From Vicugna vicugna (taxonomy: Eukaryota), in assembly GCA_013265495.1 (NCBI GenBank), contig MU057637.1, positions 1 through 64,000 of the forward strand: 64,000 nt of DNA, given 5' to 3'. Of the stretch, positions 38,525-53,304 are shown one piece after another. Each line of letters opens with the position of its first letter. Positions within the stretch are counted from its first letter, which is position 1. The position numbers and the translations under genes are program-made. The notes beneath the pieces are model-generated. The model saw only the letters and a program-made list of their open reading frames with translations. It was not told the origin of the DNA and ran no database searches.

Positions 38525-38897
38525 CTTTTTTTTTTAACATTTTTCATTTTTTATTGATTTATAATCATTTTACAATGTTGTGTCAAATTCCAGTGTAGGG
38601 CACACTTTTTCAGTTATACATGGACATATATACGTTCATTGTCACATTTTTTTCTCTGTGAGCTACCATAAGATATTGTATATATTTCCCTGTGCTACAC
38701 AGTATAATCTTGTTTATCTATTCTACAATTTTGAAATCCCATCTATCCCTTCCCACCCCCCACCCCTTTGACAACCACAAGTTAGTATTCTATGTCTATG
38801 AGTCTATTTCTGTTCTGTATTTATACTTTGTTTTTTAAGATTCCACATACGCGAGATCTCATATGGTATTTTTCTTTCTCTTTCTGGCTTACTCTTG
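38525..38897 (-). mobile_element. 5'-truncated young L1 3' end
   Basis: Poly(T) head and L1 3'UTR wording. TSD GACTGCTTTT at 38520-38529 and 38898-38907, followed by AA (TTTT/AA endonuclease site). Confidence 0.9.
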
Positions 38898-40798
38898 GAC
38901 TGCTTTTAAGGCACATTTGCTTTAGATTTTGGTGTAAATGCAGAAGTTAAATTAGCTTATGTATTAGTGCATCTCTAAGTAGTTAATTTAATGAATATTC
39001 TAGTTTTTTAAGCAAATTCAATATTTTAAATATTTTTGCTTGTTGGTAACGATTGCAATCATGCTTCTGGAGTTACACTTCTTTCCATTGTAGAGATTTT
39101 CAGAACTTTGCAGTCATGGATGTGTTACTGGACTGAAGGGAGAAGAGCAGAGTCTGTCTAGTGGGTTTAATTTCCTCCTGTGTAGTTACCATGTGTGTAA
39201 CACCAGAAGGCTACATAAATATATATGTGGGATGTCAGTTTTAATTTGTTTGATTGGTGGTCTCTTTAGTGACTACTGTGTGAATTTGATAATGTGCCCT
39301 TTGGACTGATGCTGCAACATGCAGAGAACATTTTTCTACCTGTCTACAGGTAGACTTCTTTTCATTAGAGAAATATTACAAATTTAACTTACTAGATGAG
39401 AAATTTAGAGCAGGAAACAAAAATTTTCAGAGTGTTTGTGAAGGCCATTTAGTGGGAGAGGGGAGGTGCAGAGGTGGGGAGAGACACGCAGGGCACAGGA
39501 GGGAGGGAAGAGGCAGACACGGAGAAAAGGGCTTGAGAAGGTCTGAGGTCAGCCTTAGTCTGAGTTCACAGCCATCATTCCTTCGGGCTGTGGCCCTGGG
39601 GCATTACCACTTGTTATCTACCGCTCTTTGAAATGTTGATTAGATGCTTGATTCTAGTTCCTGCTTTTCAGCATCTGGATTGTTTAAACCACTGAAGTTG
39701 TGCTGGGCATGGGTTAGTCAGGGTACCCAGGCAGGGAGATTCTACAGCAGCTGCTATAGGAGAGGGGTGGACCAATGGTTTTTGACTACATTGGAGTTTC
39801 TATTTTGCTTTGTTTTGCTGTTTTCTTTCCTCATTGGCCACTTTTCCCTAGCCTTGCCTAAGAAGGATACTTGTAGTTCTGTGCATGTGACATAGTATTT
39901 GAGAGGCAAGCCTTGGAGTTGACAGACCCAGCTTTCTCCAGCTGTGCTGCTTTGTGACCTTGGGCAGGTTATTTATTCTCTGTGTTAACCTGTAAACCTG
40001 GGATCATAAGAATACTACCTACCTCTGTCACAGGGCAGCTAAGAGGATTGAGATAATATATCACAGTGTCTGCTCAGAGTTAGTGCCCAGTAAATGTTAG
40101 CTGTTGCAATAACGTTGAATAAGACAATAGTCTTCTTATTTCTGTGTGTGTGCTTGCTGGGATTTTTGTTGTTGTTGTTTGTTTGTTTGTTTTTTGTTTT
40201 TTGAATGCTGAATACATTTGTGGCCTTAGTTTCTGAATAGGTGAACTGTTTTGAAAACTGCCTTTATTCAGCAGCAGACATTTACTGAGCACCTACTGTG
40301 ACAGGGATTGACATAAGTGAACAGGACATAAAGCCCCCTACCCTCTGGAAACTTACATTCTGCTTGGGGGAGACAAAATACATAAAGCAAAGTAGATGAC
40401 CCATCACCCATCTTATGAATTTTGGTGTTTGACTCCATATGTCTAAGCTTCCACTAACAACCATTAGTCTTCACCTTCAGCTCTTTTGATTTCATTCCTG
40501 TAGTTATGCCTGAGAGTGTTTGTGACAGGAGCACCCTAAAAGCACAGAGCTAGTCTCATCACCAGCTACTGTTCCATCTGAATTCTAAGGCACATATCAC
40601 TCCTCATCATTTCCCTGAGTTGCTGCTTGCATTGGCTATCACAAAGTTTACATTTCAGTCCCCAAACTTCTGTTTCTTGTTTTAAGATGTGTTGCTCCTC
40701 CTCAGTTTATTACAATTTGCTCATGCAATTTCTTTCCTAAGAAAGGATACTAGAAACCCTTTTTAAGAAGTATTCCCTGACTAATCTAACTGTATACT

Positions 40799-41389
40799 TG
40801 TTGCCAAAAGATTGGCCCCCGGTCCCTGACAAGCCAAAGAATTCAGAGACTGGATCTTGGAGCTTAGAAGAAAAGAGGCAGCTTTATAGCTTTGTCAGGC
40901 AAAGGGGATTCACAGCATGCTAGTGCCTTCCAAACTGTGTACCCACCTTGGGGATGGAGTGGGTGGGGGTGGTTCTAGAGCCATAGCTCAAACAATAAAG
41001 CATTGATAACCATCAACACACTCATTTTCTCATCAGAAAACTCAGAATGGTGTTATGATGCCTTCAGGTGATCAGTTCTATGGAGGACAGTGGATAGATC
41101 GCTTTATCTCAAGGTGTGGTCTTCTTGGTAATTCAGGGTACTTTATAAGGTGACAGTCCTGTGACTGGAATTTCTTCTTGGAGAAGGACTCAGAGACTCA
41201 GCATGATGATGACTTTCAATGACTGGAATAAAGTAGAAACAGTAGTAGGATCAATAGCTTCAATTTCAACAACAGGCCTGGAACCGTGAGTAGCAACCAG
41301 TCAGTCAGGTCAGTTGACTGTTTTAAGGGTGAGCATAAGAATAAGCAATCTGTTAGCCTAAGTGCGGCCATTTTTTTAATCCTCCTTCA
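40799..41389 (-). mobile_element. Solo LTR (ERV1-like)
   Basis: TG...CA ends; 4-bp TSD TACT (40795-40798 and 41390-41393); shares its 5' end with the LTR at 9343. Confidence 0.9.
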
Positions 41390-41577
41390 TACTTCTGCTC
41401 ATTTGTATTTCTCACCCTCTGTGTGTTGTTAACTGAGATACTTAACTTATTCTGTGTCTTAAAAAAAAACTTTTTGTGTGTGTGTGTGTGTGTCTCTTCA
41501 ATTGAGTTGTAAGCATTCTTAGGTCAGGGACTACCTTTCTATTCTCAGCCTTAGCTTCCCCATTTGAAAAAGGGTAA

Positions 41578-42222
41578 TGTTAGAGCAGGCAGATAGCTAG
41601 ATATAAGCAGAGAAAGGGGAACACAGACCAAATGGCAGCAATTGGGCAGAAAGGAGGGGCACAAGCCAAATGCAGGAAACCACGTATCATGTAAGCACCA
41701 GGGGTCCATTGGCAGAGAAAGAAAAGCAGGAATCTTTGAGCTCATAAGTGGTCACACATTTGGGGGTGATCAGTGGCCTGGAGACAAATAAAGAAAGGTG
41801 AGAAAAGGCAGGAATTTCCAGTGTCTGAATGAAACTTTTTCTCATTATGCCCTCATTTCATTAATATTAGCCTTGCAGATTAGAAGTATCCATCATGCAC
41901 TGATGCCACACTTCTGACCCAGGCTAAATAAGGACAAAAATCCCTTTTCTCTTTGGGAATGTGGATTTGGGATGATACTCAGGGAATCCCAAACCGTTCC
42001 TTCCCCAATGAATAATCCACTCATTCACTTTTACACCCTATGTAACTAACTTGCCAGAGAAACAGGGCAGCTGCTCATCTGAGCCTGCTAACTCTCCCCT
42101 TGAGAGTGTACAATCCATCCCTTAATAAGTTATCACTTAACCTTTTTTAACCACTACATCTTTTCTCAGAATTCTTTCTGCGATGGGACAAGAACCTGGT
42201 ACACTGGTTACATCCACCGACG
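41578..42222 (+). mobile_element. Solo LTR inserted in a MIR
   Basis: Starts TGTTAGAGCAGGCAGATAGCTAGATA. U5-like end gaattctttctgcgatgggacaagaac. Flanks catttgaaaaagggtaa and taatacctacctcacagggatg join into a MIR core. The 3' end is approximate. Confidence 0.75.
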
Positions 42223-42754
42223 ATATTAATACCTACCTCACAGGGATGTTGTGAGACTTCAGAGAGGTAATGTGTGGAAAAGGTCTTGAGCCAAATCCTT
42301 AATAAATGTAGTTTTTTTTTTCTTTGAATCACTCTAGTTCCTAAAGTGGGTACTGGGCATACATACAGTCAGTGCTTAAAAAATACTTGTTAGTTTATCC
42401 TGAATTGAGGTTGGGAGTCTTTTAATTTAAATTCCTCTTGTGTGGATAATTTTATTTTTTTATTTTCAGATAAGATTCAAAATATTACTTTTCCAGTGTC
42501 AGATGAAAAAGGCTGAGGCATTAATAAGAGACAACAGAACGGTGACTAGAGCAGGGACTGAAGCCCCATTGTGTGGGTTCGGTACGGGCTGCCACACTTG
42601 TTGGTTACATGACTCTTGGCAAGTTGTTTAATTTTCTTGGCCTTAGTTTCTTTATTTGTTGAGCTGGGGAAATAAAAAGTATTTCATGGACACTATGTTG
42701 TTAGGTGAAGTGAGATAACCACCGAGCAGCGCAGCACGTTGCCCGCATGCAGCA

Positions 42755-42945
42755 GTGGCCGCAGGGGGGCATTTGGCAACATCTGCAGATGTTTCTGATG
42801 GTCACAAGTAGGGGAACGTTGTGTGTGAGGGTGCTTCTGGTGTCTAGTTGGTAGGGGCCAGGTGTAAACCTTGTACAGGACAGCACCCCATGATGAAGGA
42901 TGATCTGGTCCAAAAGGTCAATGATACCAAGTTTGGGAAACCTTG
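42755..42945. mobile_element. MER20-like DNA transposon remnant
   Basis: caggggggcatttggcaacatctgcagatgtttctgatggtcacaa...gtttgggaaaccttg. Confidence 0.7.
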
Positions 42946-45194
42946 CTCCATCATTAAATTCTCTGTTTCTCATTTGATTACTTCCTTTGTAGTATAAGGT
43001 ACTTTACCAGTTAGATTTTGTATAAATACTGATTATTGTTAAAGATAAAGCTTAGACATGGATAAGCCTCTAACCCACATTTTAAAACATAGACATAAAG
43101 GAAAATGAACAGATTTCATGATTTTTTTTAAGATGATAAGGCAATTACTCACAAAGTAAAAGTATTTATACTTATTATTCAGAAGCTAGGAAGGGTTCCC
43201 AGGTAGATTTTACTAATTTTTATACAATTTAAAAAAAATTTATTCACCCCATCTGCCTGAATTTAATTTTTTTAAATGGCAAACTATTCATGGGAAAGTA
43301 TAGCAAGAGTTAGGGGGCTTACGAAATGTGAGTGCCATGATATGTAAATATTTGTAAAGTCAAGTAGACACTAATGGAAAAAGCAAGTATCAATGTTAAT
43401 AGAATGATCATTGGGAGAAACCTTGCATCATGTCTGATTTCCCTTTCTTCCTTCAAGTTTTATTACTCACTAAGGAATTAATTTTTTTCCTACTGTTTAA
43501 AATTGAACCCTGTCCATTTAAGGAGCTTCTAATTTGATCCCGTTGCTCTTTTCCTTTATTTTCCTACCTGAATTGATACTTTGCTTAAGGGAGAGCCTTT
43601 TCTAGTCCAGATTTAATCTAGCATTCAAACCTCCCTTTATTTCAGGGAGAGATTTAAGTGCTAATGCTCTAAGGCTGGAATTGGAAGGAGCTAACTTTTC
43701 CTTTATATATATATATATTATTAGCTGTGTACCATCTTTGGGAGAATTGGAAAAGTAGTCAATTGCATCATTTTCTGTGTTGTAATTCAAATGACTGCTT
43801 CCATCTGAAAACTGACTGTCTATCCATTTGTACGTAACATGTATATATTTAATGCAGTTTGTGTGTGTGTATGTGTGTGTGCATGTATATGGTTTCATGT
43901 ATGTGTCTGCACCTGGCTATTTCCTCTGTCTGGAGTACTTTTTTCCTTTCATCTGTGAAACATTTATCCCTTAAGACTCTATTTAAATACCATCTCCTTT
44001 AGAAAGCCTGTTCTGGTTAATGTGAGTAGAGTTAGTTGTTTTTCCTCCTGATTATGCACAGTATCTATGTGGCTTTCGTAGCACTTAACATAGGTATTTG
44101 TATTTTTCTCTTCTACTAGCCTGTCAATTCTTTGATGGCAAGGGTTCTATCTTATTTATCTTTTTAGTAAATCTCTTCTCCCCCAAATGCCTAACATTTG
44201 CTGCCACAGAGTGGCATATAGTAAGTCAACCAATGAATGAGATAGAAAAAAAAAGGAAACGATTTTCTAATAGGCTCTGCAAGAGGAGAATATTATTATC
44301 TTGTCACTTTTGTATCCAAGTGCTTAGTGTAGTGTCAATCCAGACGTGTTCAAGAAATATTTATTAAATGAATTAGAAGGCAGTCACAAAAGTTGATAGA
44401 GATTTCATGTGAACTTTTCCCTTCATTTCTAGGAAGTATAAAACAGCCTATACTTTTGGCACATGTGATGCATTAAGTTGACCTTCTTCTTCTTGACTCA
44501 GCAATGAGACTTTTGATCCAACAGGCACTTCCTGAAAGATGCTTTTGTTTGATTTCTTTTCCACCTAAGTGCCCATTCTTATGTTGAGTGTGTTGGAAAA
44601 ATGAATGTACGGTATCAGTCTTACACTGTGGGTGAGCTATCATTAAGTACAGGTGTTAAATATGGCCTCTGATCTCCTCTGCCCAGTGTGAGCAGGTCTT
44701 TATTCTCAAGTTTGGATAATGACTAAGGCTGTTGAAACATGGGAGAGAACAAGGATGAGGAAGGTGCCTGCTAGGTCTCTTTCTTTTGATGATTGATTGT
44801 ATACCTCTGAGCTGCCCCTAGTTATTTATAAAGAATTAACTAGGAGAGGGCTGAGGATCTACAGGATAAAAATGCAGATTTGATCATTTGATAAATTAAT
44901 AATTTGATCATTATTTGTTTTGATTATCATTGTTACCACTTATTGAATGTTTGCAATGTATCAGACCCTCTACTAAGGATATTTACATGCATTACTTATT
45001 TCTCACAGCAGTCCCTATGAAATAGATACTAACAAGCCTGTTTTATGGCAGAAGAACTGATTCAGAGAATTGTCTAAGAATGCATAGCTAGGAATTTGAA
45101 TTCACAGAACTAGGACTCAAATCCAGATCCATCTGACTGTGGTCTATGCTTTTAGTCACTGTGTTGCTGCCTCTTAAGTTTCAGTGGAGGAGGT

Positions 45195-45365
45195 GTTTTT
45201 TGTTTTTTTTTAATTTGTGTTTTTATTTATTTATTTATTTGGGGGGAGATAATTAAATTTATTTATTTATTCATTTATTCCTTTACTTAAGGAGGTACTG
45301 GTGATTGAACCCAGGAACATGTGCATGCTAAGCACACACTCTATCACTGAGCTATGCCCTCTCCC
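45195..45365 (-). mobile_element. tRNA-derived SINE (camelid-like)
   Basis: ggaggtactggtgattgaacccagg...gcacacactctatcactgagctatgccctctccc with T-rich tail; TTCAGTG on both flanks. Confidence 0.85.
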
Positions 45366-46354
45366 TTCAGTGAAAATTTTATATTGAAAATTGTAGTACT
45401 GAAATAGGAGGGGAAATAATCAGATTTCATCCTATACAGATGTTAGAAGATTAACAGACTCTTGAAGAAGCAGTTTCCACGTTTATTTTCTTATACAAAA
45501 TAATTATGAAATTTAAACCTGTAATTTAACCAACTTGCAGTAATTTGCATTTTTTAAATTAAATTCTGTCTTGCCCTTGGTATCACCATCAGGACAGGCG
45601 TCCCAGATACATCTTTAGCAGTAGAAGAAGCCTGTCTAGGTCAAATCTAAAGGCTTAGGGAGCAAAGTGATGTTTATAAATAATTATTTTCTATCTGTAA
45701 AATGTGTTTTGTCATTAGAGTTAAATCTTTTGAAAGAGATTCTTATTTAGGAGACAAGCCTCAGAAATATATTATTTAGATTTGGAAACGTGTGGTTTGT
45801 CATGCTGGGAAGGGGTAGCAGAAAATTTGGGATGCAGCACTTGTTAGTCTCTAAGATATACAGTAAGTCAGTGGGTACAAGCAGCATGTTTTTCTTATGT
45901 GGTTTTTTAAAACTATTTTTGTTTGCTGAGATAGTGTTTGTCATTAGGATAACATTCATTTTTCCTTCCTCCCCATACTTTGTATGGGACTACTCCTTAA
46001 TTAGTTTATTTATAGTTGTTTTACATTGAATAAATATAGTGAGAACATAGTTTTGACGTCTGTGCCCTGTTATTTTATTTGTTCATTAGGAGATTTAAAT
46101 AGTTTTGAATTTTATTTTGTTACCTTAAAAAGAGCTAACCCTGAATATTGGTCTTTAAAAAGTCTCATAGAAGATTTTCTCTTTCCTCTTGGTTGTGTTT
46201 TAAATACTGTATTTCTAACTGTAGTTATATACATTTGAACTTTGCTCCTTCCAGAATTATAATTCAAAGCCTTTGAAAATTTTATCAAAAGTTACATGCA
46301 GACACTAAAAGCAGTGTGCTGAATGATGGTCTATTAAAGATTAAAAGTATCTGA

Positions 46355-46485
46355 ATAGCTCACAGTGGAAAAGAATGCGACAATGAATATATGTATGTTC
46401 ATGTATAACTGAAAAATCGTGCTCTACATTGGAAATTGACACAACATTGTAAACTAACTATAACTCAATTAAAAAAAAGAAGAAA
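46355..46485 (+). mobile_element. Very short L1 3' end with poly(A)
   Basis: gaatatatgtatgttcatgtataactgaaaaat...aacattgtaaactaactataactcaattaaaaaaa. Confidence 0.75.
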
Positions 46486-46967
46486 ATGCCTGAATGAAAT
46501 AAATTGTGGTAAATAGGAATTTATGGCTGGTGTATAGGGAGTCAGATAATCCTGTCAAGACCTCAGGATCCTGTCTTAGGCACCTTACTGTTTTTTCACA
46601 TTACCTATCTTTATTTCCCCCCACCCCCATCAACCAGGCAAACAGGTTTTATTTCTACCATGTAAGCTTGCATACTTAACAGTTTTGTAAAAAGTTTAAG
46701 GTTATAGAAAATTTATAAATAATTCTTCAAACATACATAGTAGACAGTCAAGTAAATGTGCAGTAACTTTGAATTATATCAGCTTTAAATCACACAATTC
46801 TATATAATTGGTCATAGATGCACTTATTTGCAGGCATACATGTTGGGTTTCCTTATTTTAGTGTCCTATTTCCAATATTCATACATTTTCATACTTGACC
46901 AGGCAGAATTGCATTCAAACTAGTGATGAAAAACTCAGCATAAATGTACTGTGCCTGAACCACTATT

Positions 46968-47150
46968 CCAGTAGTTCCCACAATTTAGCAAGAATCAGGA
47001 TCGTCTGGGGGCTTGTAGGACCATAGATGCTGGTCCCAAATCCTGGTATTTGATTCAGCAGGTCTGGGGAGAGACCCAGGAGTATAATTCTTACGTGTTT
47101 ACAAGTGATACTGATGGTTGGGGGCCCAGAATTTGAGAACCAAAGTACTG
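46968..47150. mobile_element. MER5A-like remnant (a second copy lies at about 58398-58548)
   Basis: tgattcagcaggtctggggga...ggggcccagaatttgagaacca; the second copy begins gtggttctcaaagtgtggtccc. Confidence 0.65.
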
Positions 47151-48842
47151 TACTAATGAGGCGATGCAAACCACTTATTTCAGAAGTTCAAGTACTTGTG
47201 TATAAAGATTAAGGCTTTGAACTTGTAACCTTAATTAGCAATACCCAATCTTAGATGTCAGTTTTTCGTGTTGCATTGGTTACCTACTTCTGCTTCTTGG
47301 CTTGCACTGTTTTGGGCTATAAAGCATCAACATGAGCTTTAAAGCAACATTTATTTGGATTTGAATATTGTCTCCTAGTATCAGATTTCCATAAAAGTAC
47401 ATTTGTAAAAGTCTTCTATGGCCTAGATAATGTTATTTGATTTTTAAAATATTATGAAAAATAGTGTTGCACCTGCTATAAAATGACTGAATAGCATCCG
47501 GGAGCCTTACAGGCACAGAAAAGGAAGTACTGAGTATTAAAAGAAGAAGAGAAAAGCCTGAGACACTATCCCTCCCATGGAAAAGAAACATAAAGTATAT
47601 TGGCCAAATGTACTGTGTCTTCTGGGATTGTTCATTTTTAACAGGCAGCTGGGGGATGCTGAATTGGTGGTCCTCAAAACTATTTTGCATAACAAAGCCC
47701 TAGAATGTCAGTGTCTAATGTTTCCGTATAAGTTTCAATTAGATTTTTAACACAGAAATAGATACAGTACTTGAACCCATAAACATTTCACTAAGGTAAA
47801 AAACACAGTAGCAAATTTTAACAGTGCCCTGGCAAATTCATACAATAAAAGTAAAAGCCATCCCAGGAGGACAGTCCGGTAGTATCCTCCATAGATGCAC
47901 AGTTTGCCTTTCTTAGAAGTGAATATTAATGTGGCATTATTATGAAAACAATATTGATGTCAGCGTTTGAATGCTTAATATGTGCCCAGCATTCTTCTGT
48001 GTGCTTTGTATATATTAACTCATTCAATCCTCACCGCAGCCCTCAGAGATAAACATTGTCCATGTCCCTGTCTTACAGCTGAAGGTTTGGCACAGGGGGG
48101 CTAGACATGCCCAAGACCTCGCCTTCAGTCAGTGGTGGGCCCGGGGCTGCGGCCAGGCCGACTGGGGCTGTGGCTGGAATCCCTAACCACTATTCTATAT
48201 GATAGTCCTTGTCTGTACACTTCATATATCACTTACAGACCAGTGCCTGGCACACAAGAGCTATTGAAGTGCAGGCCATTTGCAATGGATTTAATTCTAC
48301 ACTGTATAATTTTGGCAGAGCATGTCATTATCCATTTATGTCTGTATATATGTCTGTATATTTTTCTGCTATTAATTAGACTCCAGACTTGACTTAAATT
48401 TCCACTAGTCCTTTTTTTAATAGCTGAGTTCCCTGAAGTTCTTAGAAACTAGATGATTGCCTCAAATTATATGGCCTTGCTAGATCTCAAAATTAGCTTT
48501 TCTCACCACAGATTCAACTTTATTTTCATTCCTTTTGAAATGGATAAGGACTAAGATGGTTACTTATTTATTTATTTTTGGAATGATATTGGTTTAGACA
48601 GAGAGAGGCAAATATGCTAAATCGTATGCCCAGTTGCTGGAGGAAACAAATTATTATATGTTCTAAAGTTTTTTACCTATAAAATTTTGAGAGTAGTATT
48701 ACCTCATCCTGCTGCTTTGTGAAATTGGATCACATCACTCATAATAATGTGAAGTGTGAGAAATTGTACTGATGATGGAGCATATCAGCAGCCTTTAAGA
48801 GAAATAATGTAAACCATATTTCCTCAAACCTAAGAAGTCTTC

Positions 48843-49388
48843 TGTGTTAGTTTTCCATTGCTGCTTTGGCAGCTCACCTCACAGTCACCGTCCATCAGGA
48901 GTCTGGGCGTGGTTAGTAGGGTCCTGTCCTCTGAGTCTTACCAGACAGAAATCAAGGTGTCAGCCAGTGCTGCGAGCTCATCTGAGGCTCACAGTCCTCT
49001 CCCAGGCTCACTTGGTAGTTCACAGAATTCAATTCTTTGCATTTGTAGGAATGGCATTCCTGTTTGCTTGCTGGCTGGGAGTCACAGACACTCCCCTAGA
49101 GGCTCCTGGAGGCCACGCTTAGGTTCCCACATGGCCTTCTGTATGCACAGCTCACAGCGTGGCTGTTTGCTATTTAAGGGTACTGTTCTCATAAGTACTG
49201 ATTTTTTAGGTCAGGCCAGCCTACAGTAATCTCACTAACTTAAAGTCAGCTTATTAGGGATTTTAATTACATTGATAATATCCCTTCACAGCAGCATTTA
49301 GATTACTATTTGGTTGAATAACTTTGAGAAGGTGTGTAAACCAGGGTGTTAAAATCTTGGGGGCCATCTTAGAGTTCTGCCCACTATA
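48843..49388 (-). mobile_element. MaLR (MLT1-like) LTR
   Basis: tgtgttagttttccattgctgct...aatcaaggtgtcagcc...tcttgggggccatcttagagttctgcccac. Confidence 0.7.
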
Positions 49389-50682
49389 TGATCAATTATA
49401 AGACAAATTGTTAATTTATTTGTCACTAAGGAAGAATAATGCTGGCTTAAAGTATGACAGAGTGCATTATTAGCACTTGGATATTGCCTTGTCCAAAAAA
49501 AAAAAAACAACCAAACAAACAAAAAAATAGAATTGTGGTTATTCATCTAACCACAAATATTTGCTTCATGAATATCAAACTTAGTCCCCACTGCTGCCTT
49601 TCTGTGCTTTTTGCAAGCATCAATTTTTGTTTTAATGCTGAATCATAGTGTAATCTTTTAAAGGATATTAAAAATTGGGTCATAAATGTGACATGTATGT
49701 ACATAAAGTACACAAAATTCAGCAAAACTTACGATGATATAAACTGTCAGTGACCAAATTTGCACATGCCCAGGGAATGACAGCTACATTGTGACTGCCA
49801 CAGGGCAAATGGTGATTGCTTTTGTTTGTTTCCTACTTATTTACAATCAGCTTTATTGAGATATAATATGTACAGTAAACTGCACCCATGTAGGGTTTCA
49901 TTTGATAAGTTTGGCAACTGTATTCATGGAACCACTACCACAATGAAGACATTTCCATCAGCCTCAAAAGAGTCAGTTCCTTCACCCCGGGCAATTATAG
50001 ATTTGGTGGTGGTTGTTGTTATTGTAGAGTAGTTAGCATTTTCTGGTATTTAAGTGAGAAAAAATGGTTATGGAGACAGTATTGTTAATTTTGGGGTTTT
50101 CTCCAGACCCCCTCATTCTTAGAGAAATAATTTCGTTTGTAGGTCTGAGGCTTATCCCTTCAGTGTGGGGGTAAAATGATTCTCCGTGAAGCTTTCTGGA
50201 CACTACCGTGGGCTACCCCTGACTTCTACTTTGCCTGGGCATTGTTCACCACCTCTCGGAGTTGGCTCTCCTGCCCCACACGTGTGCGTGCGTGGCTTCC
50301 TGGCACACTGCTCTGTTTGCTGTCTGTGTGAGGCCCAGCAACAGCAGCGGCTTTCAGCTGGGAGTTCCAAGCTCCTAAAAAATTTCACATCATTGCTGTC
50401 TGAGGCTGTTCTCCTGTTACTTAAGGCAGTCTTACCCCCCAAGAGAATCTCCATTTTTCTTGTTCAGATTCATAGTACAGTGTGGATCTTAGGAACTGTA
50501 AGAGATTTCCCTCCCAGTCACATCTTAGGGTTATTGCTTGTTTCATGTTGCTTGCTGTGTGCAGCGGTTTCCAGTGCAGGAAACACTCTGGGAAAAGTCT
50601 TACTCCTGGAGCACAAAAAAAGGTAACCAAGGGAGGACTCATGAAGCTCTCAGAAAGCTTTTTTGCTGCCACTTAACACAAC

Positions 50683-50980
50683 ATTGTCCAATAGAAGTAT
50701 AATGCAAGCCAGATATATAGTAGCCATATAAAAAAAAAAAACTAAAGAGAAACAGGTGACATTAATTTTAATCCATTTTATTTAATATATCACAATATTA
50801 TTATTTCAACATGTAATCAATATGAAACTATGGAAACTTATAAATGAGATATTTTAGATTATTTTTCTAGTACTAACTCTGAGATCTGGAGTGTATTTTA
50901 TACTTACACCATGTCTCAGTGTAGACCTAGCCACATGTCAAGTGCTCACTAGCTTTTGGCTGGCATATTGGACAGTGAAG
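50683..50980. mobile_element. MER33/MER3-like (Charlie) non-autonomous DNA transposon
   Basis: Inverted termini cattgtccaata ... tattggacagtg; internal tagccacatgtcaagtgctca. Confidence 0.75.
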
Positions 50981-51597
50981 ATGCAGATTATGAACTTTAT
51001 TTTTCCCATTAAGACAATAGTATATAGATTCCACCAGAAATTGGCTTTAACTATGCTTGACTCTCTAGTAGGTTAGGGCTTGAGTATTTCAGAATGGTTT
51101 CTATGGTTGAGATATAAAATATTTTGTTAATAAAGACAAACACATTTTTATACATTTTCCTCCTTATACAGGTAATCTTATTGTTGAAAATTTGACAAAG
51201 TCTGGGTAAGAGACTACAGATTGCCTTTATTTCTCAATCCAAAGATGGTAAGTATTGGATTCTGTTGAACTTCCTCTTTGTGAATGTTTCATTTTCAATT
51301 AAAGAGAAAAGAGATTTATTTTTGTCTTATTTCCTTGCTCCTCATATTCATATATTTATTGTTATTGACAGTCCTTTTGCCCCTTTGCTTACACTTACTC
51401 ATTCAGAGTCCCAGGCTGTATTCCCCATGGGGACCCTGTGAGTGGTCCTCTGTGGAGTCTGGTTATCTGAGTGGTGCTCCCTAGATGGGCTTAACAATAG
51501 AAGCCCTGATGGCCTATTACGTACTCATTGCTAAACCAATATGGTTGCTTTCTATTTTTCTTGCCTGTAGTATTTTACACACACACACACCCCTTTG

Positions 51598-52060
51598 TGT
51601 TGTTGTTGAGTTATAATTCACATGCCAGAAAATTTACCCTTTCAGAGTATACATTTTAGTGGGGTTTAGTATATCCATGAAGTTTTGCACCCATCACTAC
51701 TATTGAATGCTTTATCATTCTCATCACTTCAGGAAGAAACCCCAATCCTATTAACAGTTCCTTCCCATCTCCCCTCTTCCCAGTTCCCTGGCAACCGCAA
51801 ATCTACTTCCTATTTCTATGGATTTGCCTATTTTGGACATTTCATGTAAGTGGAATCATGTGATATATGGCCTTTTATATTTGGCATTTTCCACTTAGCA
51901 TAATGTTCAATGTTCTGTACGTTGTACCATGTATCAGTACTTCATTCTTTTAGGTTTGAATAATATTCCATTGTATAGTGATACCACATTTTGTTTATTC
52001 ATTCTTCAGTTGATGGTCATTTTGGTTTTCTCCAATTTTTGGCTATTATGAATAATCTCC
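51598..52060 (-). mobile_element. Old L1 3'-end fragment (L1MB-like)
   Basis: ccctggcaaccgcaaatctacttcctatttctatggatttgcctattttggacatttcatgtaagtggaatcat. Confidence 0.8.
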
Positions 52061-53304
52061 TAGTTTTTGTGATTACATTCATTCTTCAAAAACATTACTT
52101 TCTTCATATTATCTCCCATTCTTGTCAAAACTTTCAGTGGCTCCCTATTGCTTGTACAACAAAATAGAAGATGCCTAGTTTGCATTAAAAGCCTTTGCTA
52201 CTTTCGTTTCCACCCTTCTTTTCCATTGTGTTGTAATTTATTATTTCTAAAATATGTGCTACATATGAATTTAGATTATGTAAACAATATATATAATTTC
52301 ATCAATTTCATTCACTTTAAAACGATCTAAATTTTTAAGGATAAAGACTTTATTTACAAACCAAAGAGTAGATTGAAGGTAGATAGATAGTCTGGAGAAT
52401 TAGAACAGAGTAAAGTGAAACATTATAGAAAAACAAAAAACTTTTCTGGATTTGACCATAATGTCAAACAGAGATATTTCATATCATACAATGTGAAAAA
52501 GCACCTTATTTGAGTCAGCCTTTGATAGGTGGAACTCATTCAAATCATTAATTTTCTGGTTAGCACGGTTATTTTTTTTCTGGGGCCTCAGTTTTTCTGT
52601 TTTTTTAAAAATCCAGATAGAGTCAGTCTTTTTCTCCTTTTGACATGTCTGAAATTGTTAAAAAGGAAATATTTTTACATAAACTTAAAAATTATTTCCC
52701 GACTATTTTCTGCATATACACATACAGATATAAATGTATAGTGGCATTTTTCTCCCATTATATGGAAAAATAGAACATAGTATATAGACAAAAAAATCAC
52801 AGTATATCTTAGAAATATTTTCATAACAGTAGATTGAGGACATTCTCATTTTTTTTTTCTTGAAGGATAATTTCTTTAAAATGTGTATCCACTTGAAATG
52901 TGATTACCTCTACTTAGAAAAAAGAGATAAGGGGATATAAATGGGAAAAAGGAAACAATATGCAGATGTTTGGACTTTGTTTATAGGTGAAAACAATGGA
53001 AGATCAGAAAATTTAAGTAATTGCCCAGGATCATGCAACCAGCGCAGTGTCCTGATGCTAATCTAGGTGTTCCAAGTTCATGGCCTCCCTGCTGTATCCA
53101 TGTTGCATTTGATGAAAAAAAGGGGAGAGAAGTCATGCCAAATTCTTTTTCAACAGAAATAATAGAATTCCAGACTTTATTTTCTGGATTAGTCCTTTAA
53201 GAAGCTTTGCATTCTGAAGCCTCTAGGTGTGCTTTTCAATCTTCAAAAGGACTATTTCTGATATAAAAAAGTATCATGAAATGATAGTAAATAAAACACT
53301 TTAG

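Noticed and set aside
45290..45365. tRNA gene
   Set aside because: Degenerate tRNA-like head followed by a SINE body and tail, and repeated elsewhere in the window.
50186..50626. 146-aa Leu/Cys-rich ORF
   Set aside because: Starts at GTG, has no recognisable homology, and has no convincing splice context.
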